Source: Podarcis gaigeae (Eukaryota). Taken from it: a DNA stretch of 64,000 nucleotides. The stretch's first letter is position 1. Every line of letters begins with the position of its first letter. Under the pieces are notes generated by a model, which saw nothing but the letters and a program-made list of their open reading frames with translations, searched no databases and had not been told where the DNA came from. The stretch is from assembly GCA_964106915.2 (NCBI GenBank), contig OZ066919.1. The stretch is one strand, 5' to 3'. Shown in pieces: positions 62,139 to 64,000 of the stretch. The position numbers were made by a program, and so were the translations under genes.

Positions 62139-62379
62139 TATTTAAAGCGTGGAATGAGCTGTCCATGTTTGTGTGAGAGAGAGAAAGGGGGTGGGGACTT
62201 TCTGCGTAATTTCATTCATTTATTTACATTTATACCCTGCACCCTCAATTTAAAGTCATGTTTTCTAAAGCTGAAATGCTAAAGCAACAACTAAGCTATA
62301 AACACCAATATTTTTAGGAAAACAGAAATATATTTGCTAGGTACCTTAATGATAGTAGTAAGAGTGCTAGGTAGGTCTC

Positions 62380-62960
62380 TCTGGGAAGGGTATTCCAAAG
62401 GAAAGGCACCATCATTGCAAAGACTGGCTCTGTTACCATCTGCTGCACTTCCATTTGGTGGGGGCTCCAAGAGAAGAGACAACAGAGGACACTCTCAGTA
62501 GATGAGCAGAGTGATCCAAGATAAAGTAGTGAAACGGGTATCTGGATGCTGGGCTTTAAAGGTTAAGAACAACCCTTTGAATTGAACTTGGAAAGTTACC
62601 TGGAATCAGCAAAGCTCTTTCAGTACAGACAAGATATGATCTCTACAGCTGGCCCCTGTTGGCTGTTTAGCCTCAGTATTCTAAATTAGTTTCAGTAATC
62701 CAACCCAGAATTTACCAGGAATTGGCTAACTATGATTAGACTTTCAGGGGCAGGAGTGGGTTGTGGGGTGGGCAGTTATCAGCTTGAACTGATAGGTCTT
62801 TTGTGCTGCTGAGGTTACTTGAGCCTCAAATGATGAATCTGAAAACACTCATAGTCTGTGTACCTGATCCTCTAGAGAGAGTACAATCCCTTCCAGAGCT
62901 TGTTGAATACCACCTCTCTGCGCCTCCGTCTTGTCTGGATTGAATTTCAATTTATTGACC
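62380..62960 (-). mobile_element. Old L2 LINE ORF2 remnant
   Basis: gggctttaaaggttaagaacaaccctttgaattgaacttgga and neighbouring segments are decayed reverse complements of the L2 C-terminal coding region at 2000-2350. Confidence 0.6.
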
Positions 62961-64000
62961 CATATCCAGTCCATTACTTCTCCCAAGTACCAAATCAGTA
63001 CTTTTCTGACTCAGTTGGGGGAAAAGTAGAGCTATTATTGTATAACAGCAATATGGAATGTTCCATTAGTCCTTATTGTTACTTCCAGCTTCCGGAAGTG
63101 CAGTTCTATTGCAGCCCCAATTTTATTCGCAACACAAATATAATGGTGTTAGTTAGGGCTTTGCAGCAAGAGGAAAAATATTTACATCTTTTAAAAAATA
63201 TGTGGGTTTTAGTTCTGGAGTGATGGAATACAAATTCTTTCATGAAAAATAAAGTTATTGAAATGGAATGCAGGGAAGATGTAGTTACACACTTTACCAG
63301 TGAACATTCATCTGAGCGCTTACTCTGTATGACGTATAAAATATATATTTGTTTTTAAGGGGCATGGGATTTTATCTTACTAGCATAGTCATGGGTGCTG
63401 TTAAACATACAGATGTCTAGCAAAACGGTGCTTCTAGGTTGCACTTCGAGTGGGGAGGCATTAGATTTTTTGGAAGTAAAAGGCCATGTATCTTCCCATC
63501 CCAAACGTTCTAGTTTGATCATGATTGAAAAAACAGACCCACACATTGCATGCAAAAAGAGGATGGGGGAAGCGAAAATATGTCACAAGAGTGGAAAAGG
63601 AAAAAGATGTTGTGTTTATAGTCACCCAAGAGAATAATGCTGAAGTCACCTTCATTAATAAGATAATTAATTCATTTTAATCTAGGTATGCTTGTCATAT
63701 CATCATATTCCGTGGCAGTGAATGCCACAGACTATTGATGCACTTCTGTTTTGCTTGTAAATGAATTTCATCACACCCTCTAATCTAGACGTATACCAAG
63801 TAGTAGGTCAGTGTTCTCTATTATTCCCCCCCAAAAAACTGTTCATAATTTCAGTAACACCTATGTCATGCTATATATCTTATCCACTCATACAGAAGAA
63901 CCGTGGAAACAGATTATAGAAAAATGGTTCTTTAGAAAGGCATAAATAATCATTTTTAAACTCAGAAATTGGAGAGGGGGAGAGCTGTCTAATGTGTGCA

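Noticed and set aside
1-64000. CRISPR arrays, operons or other prokaryotic systems
   Set aside because: This is a eukaryotic intron-exon sequence, with no regularly spaced repeat-spacer arrays or dense long ORFs.

Overview
This is vertebrate genomic DNA, almost certainly from a squamate and probably a lacertid lizard, judged from Sauria SINEs, a Squam3-like SINE and lizard-type L2/CR1/MITE repeats. The whole window lies inside the + strand E3 ubiquitin ligase gene RNF220. Five short internal coding exons join in one frame: 14732-14777, 27470-27565, 35094-35136, 45635-45678 (or -45756) and 47495-47627. They encode KNSILKDVMAPGTPK-SILLSASIKREGDSPTASPHSSDDIHHSDRYQ-TFLRVRANRQTRLNA-RIGKMKRRKQDEGQ-[VCPLC...HVEQCLAK]-REGSCMMEDDAVDIENENGNRFEEYEWCGQKRIRATTLLEGGFR. 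The upstream exons and the RING-domain exons were not found and presumably lie outside the window. The rest is intron: L2 and CR1 LINE remnants, SINEs, MITEs, microsatellites, a 209-N assembly gap, and many transposon-free, motif-rich blocks that look like conserved neural enhancers (not provable without alignments). Four points stand out: (1) an intronic CpG-island promoter with RFX, E-box and YY1 motifs that could drive an N-terminally truncated RNF220; (2) a possible two-uORF leader on that transcript; (3) an in-frame alternative donor that switches a C2HC (UBZ-like) zinc finger in or out; and (4) a near-perfect 55-bp-arm inverted repeat. I see no evidence of a wholly new multi-gene system, and nearly all ORFs in the supplied track are spurious or transposon-derived.
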